Source: Bilabrum cf. latius (taxonomy: Eukaryota). Taken from it: a stretch of 64,000 nucleotides of DNA. A program made the position numbers and the translations under genes. The stretch spans positions 682,001 through 746,000 of the forward strand of contig OZ237749.1 of NCBI GenBank assembly GCA_965178125.1, given 5' to 3'. How positions within the stretch are numbered: position 1 is the first letter of the stretch; each line of letters starts with the position of its first letter. Shown piece after piece: positions 62,801 to 64,000 of the stretch. Below the pieces are notes generated by a model. That model worked only from the letters and a program-made list of their open reading frames with translations. It was not told where the DNA came from and made no database searches.

Positions 62801-64000
62801 CTACTAGAGCGCGCCGGACAGCTGCTTCTGCCTAAACCTGTCTATGACGATCTCCCACGTCAGCGCCCGCGCTCTCATGCCGCGCGCCCTGTATTTCGGC
62901 TCGTAAATTTGACCTGCAGGCAAGCAAGCTCACAAAGTGCTCGTCGTGGACGCGGCTAATTGCCTCTGGTGCCAAGCAAACACATGTTGCCAGAGCCCGT
63001 ACCGCGTACTACTAGGCTGGTTCGCCAACACTGGAAGCGTCAATGTTCGCGACGTACTTACTCCAATCCGCTTGACATGGAATCACCGCAGGTAGTTGTT
63101 GACGGATGTTCTCAGGCGACTGCCGCACGGCGTGACCAGCCTCTACCAAACTGAGCAAACGTCCAGTAGCAAACTGCTGGGGGCCATCTAGCTGCTATGA
63201 TGCACCTTGCATGCTCTTGGCCTCGACAATAGATACTATTCTGTGCCTCCACACCATGTTGGGTCGATCGGCAGTATCAACTGCGGCGCTTTCGGTCGGA
63301 TCCAACGGAGGCTGCCTGGCGGCTGGACGCAGCGGGCTCGCCGAACCGGAAAGGGACGAAGCAGCGCCCGGTCCGAAGCTGCTTGCCGGTGGCACAGCCA
63401 TTCCCTCTAGGAAAGACGCCGGGATGGACGACGGTCCAGGCGCTTGCGAAGACAACGGCCTTGCTGATGATGAGGATTGCCTGTAGAACTAGGCAGTCCC
63501 TCCCTGCAGCAATGACATGGCCAGCGCTGCACGAATCTAGGCTATAGCGAGCATGCCTGGCACCAAGCAATCGTTTGCAACGAGCTGCATCTGCCAAGCG
63601 GGTACTTCACAAACGCGTCGCAGTGCAGTGATTGACAACCGAACAGCTGCTATGTCTGCCAGGCATGTCACAGGATTGACGGCAGGCCCATCGTTCGGGT
63701 TGAGCTGCGCACTTGCCAGGTTGGCCTATCGCACGAGCTGCAAGGAGCCTTGATCGAGAAGAGACGCCACTCCGAGCACCACTGCAGAAGTGACCACTAG
63801 GTCCCGTCGCTTTGAATCGATGCGCTCATCTAGCTGCATGCCTGCTTGGATCATGCCGACGCATGCTGCAAGCCAAGCATCAGGGCCTGGTAAAAACCAC
63901 ATTGCTCGATGCAGTTCGTGTTCACAAGCATCCAATAGACCGGGAGGCTCGCCTATTTCATGCGATATAACGCCAAGCTCCGCATGCCAGTGGCGGTCGA
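44865..64000 (-). CDS. Giant BEACH-domain protein (neurobeachin/LRBA/NBEAL-type order: ConA-like, PH, BEACH, WD40), 5'-partial, >6,370 aa, intronless in this window
   Basis: I walked every gap between track ORFs: one frame from 64000 to the TGA at 44865, interrupted only by TAG (about 70). ConA-like GYTLSMWV...IQPGRWHHVTIV...IYVDG (~57600-58250); PH [53 protein letters not shown]...YGTHY...DKPDRMF...RELTPEFY...DVELPPWA...[20 protein letters not shown]...GQTP; WD40 TGSSDGTVRVW and LSGHEDTITCV. Confidence 0.93.

Noticed and set aside
1-64000. Mass pseudogenisation, RIP-like mutation or systematic C-to-T sequencing error as the source of the in-frame stops
   Set aside because: Those processes would also create TAA (from CAA), TGA (from CGA) and frameshifts; none occur in about 18,700 codons. 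Essential genes keep their motifs, and both tandem copies share the same TAGs.
1-64000. Recoded phage or bacterial DNA (code 15 phages), or pyrrolysine insertion at UAG
   Set aside because: The window has spliceosomal introns and eukaryote-specific genes. TAG is dispersed, sits in polyQ and Gln columns, and no pyl genes are present.

Overview
Gene-dense, GC-rich eukaryotic nuclear DNA with GT-AG spliceosomal introns of about 85-330 nt. It holds 17 protein-coding genes. I saw no rRNA, tRNA, CRISPR array or mobile element. The supplied ORF track looks shattered because this genome does not use the standard code: TAG is a sense codon that behaves as glutamine. Reading TAG through joins the fragments into long single-frame genes, including a >6,300-codon intronless BEACH gene (about 70 TAG by hand count) and a >3,100-codon two-repeat CNBD K+ channel (18 TAG). 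All 17 genes then end in TGA, and I found TAA neither in-frame nor as a terminator, so UAG is uncoupled from UAA. Gene order: CNBD channel, tandem pair of type I membrane proteins, BRK1-like, mitochondrial ferredoxin, GH59 galactocerebrosidase, C2H2 zinc-finger protein, small Zn-ribbon protein, TRM6, RPS13, divergent SmD3, V-ATPase H, CCaMK-like kinase, LTA4H-like aminopeptidase, two coiled-coil proteins, BEACH protein. The organism cannot be named from this window; a heterotrophic protist such as a stramenopile/bicosoecid is only an inference from composition. Exon boundaries, codon counts and family assignments were made by hand, without database searches.
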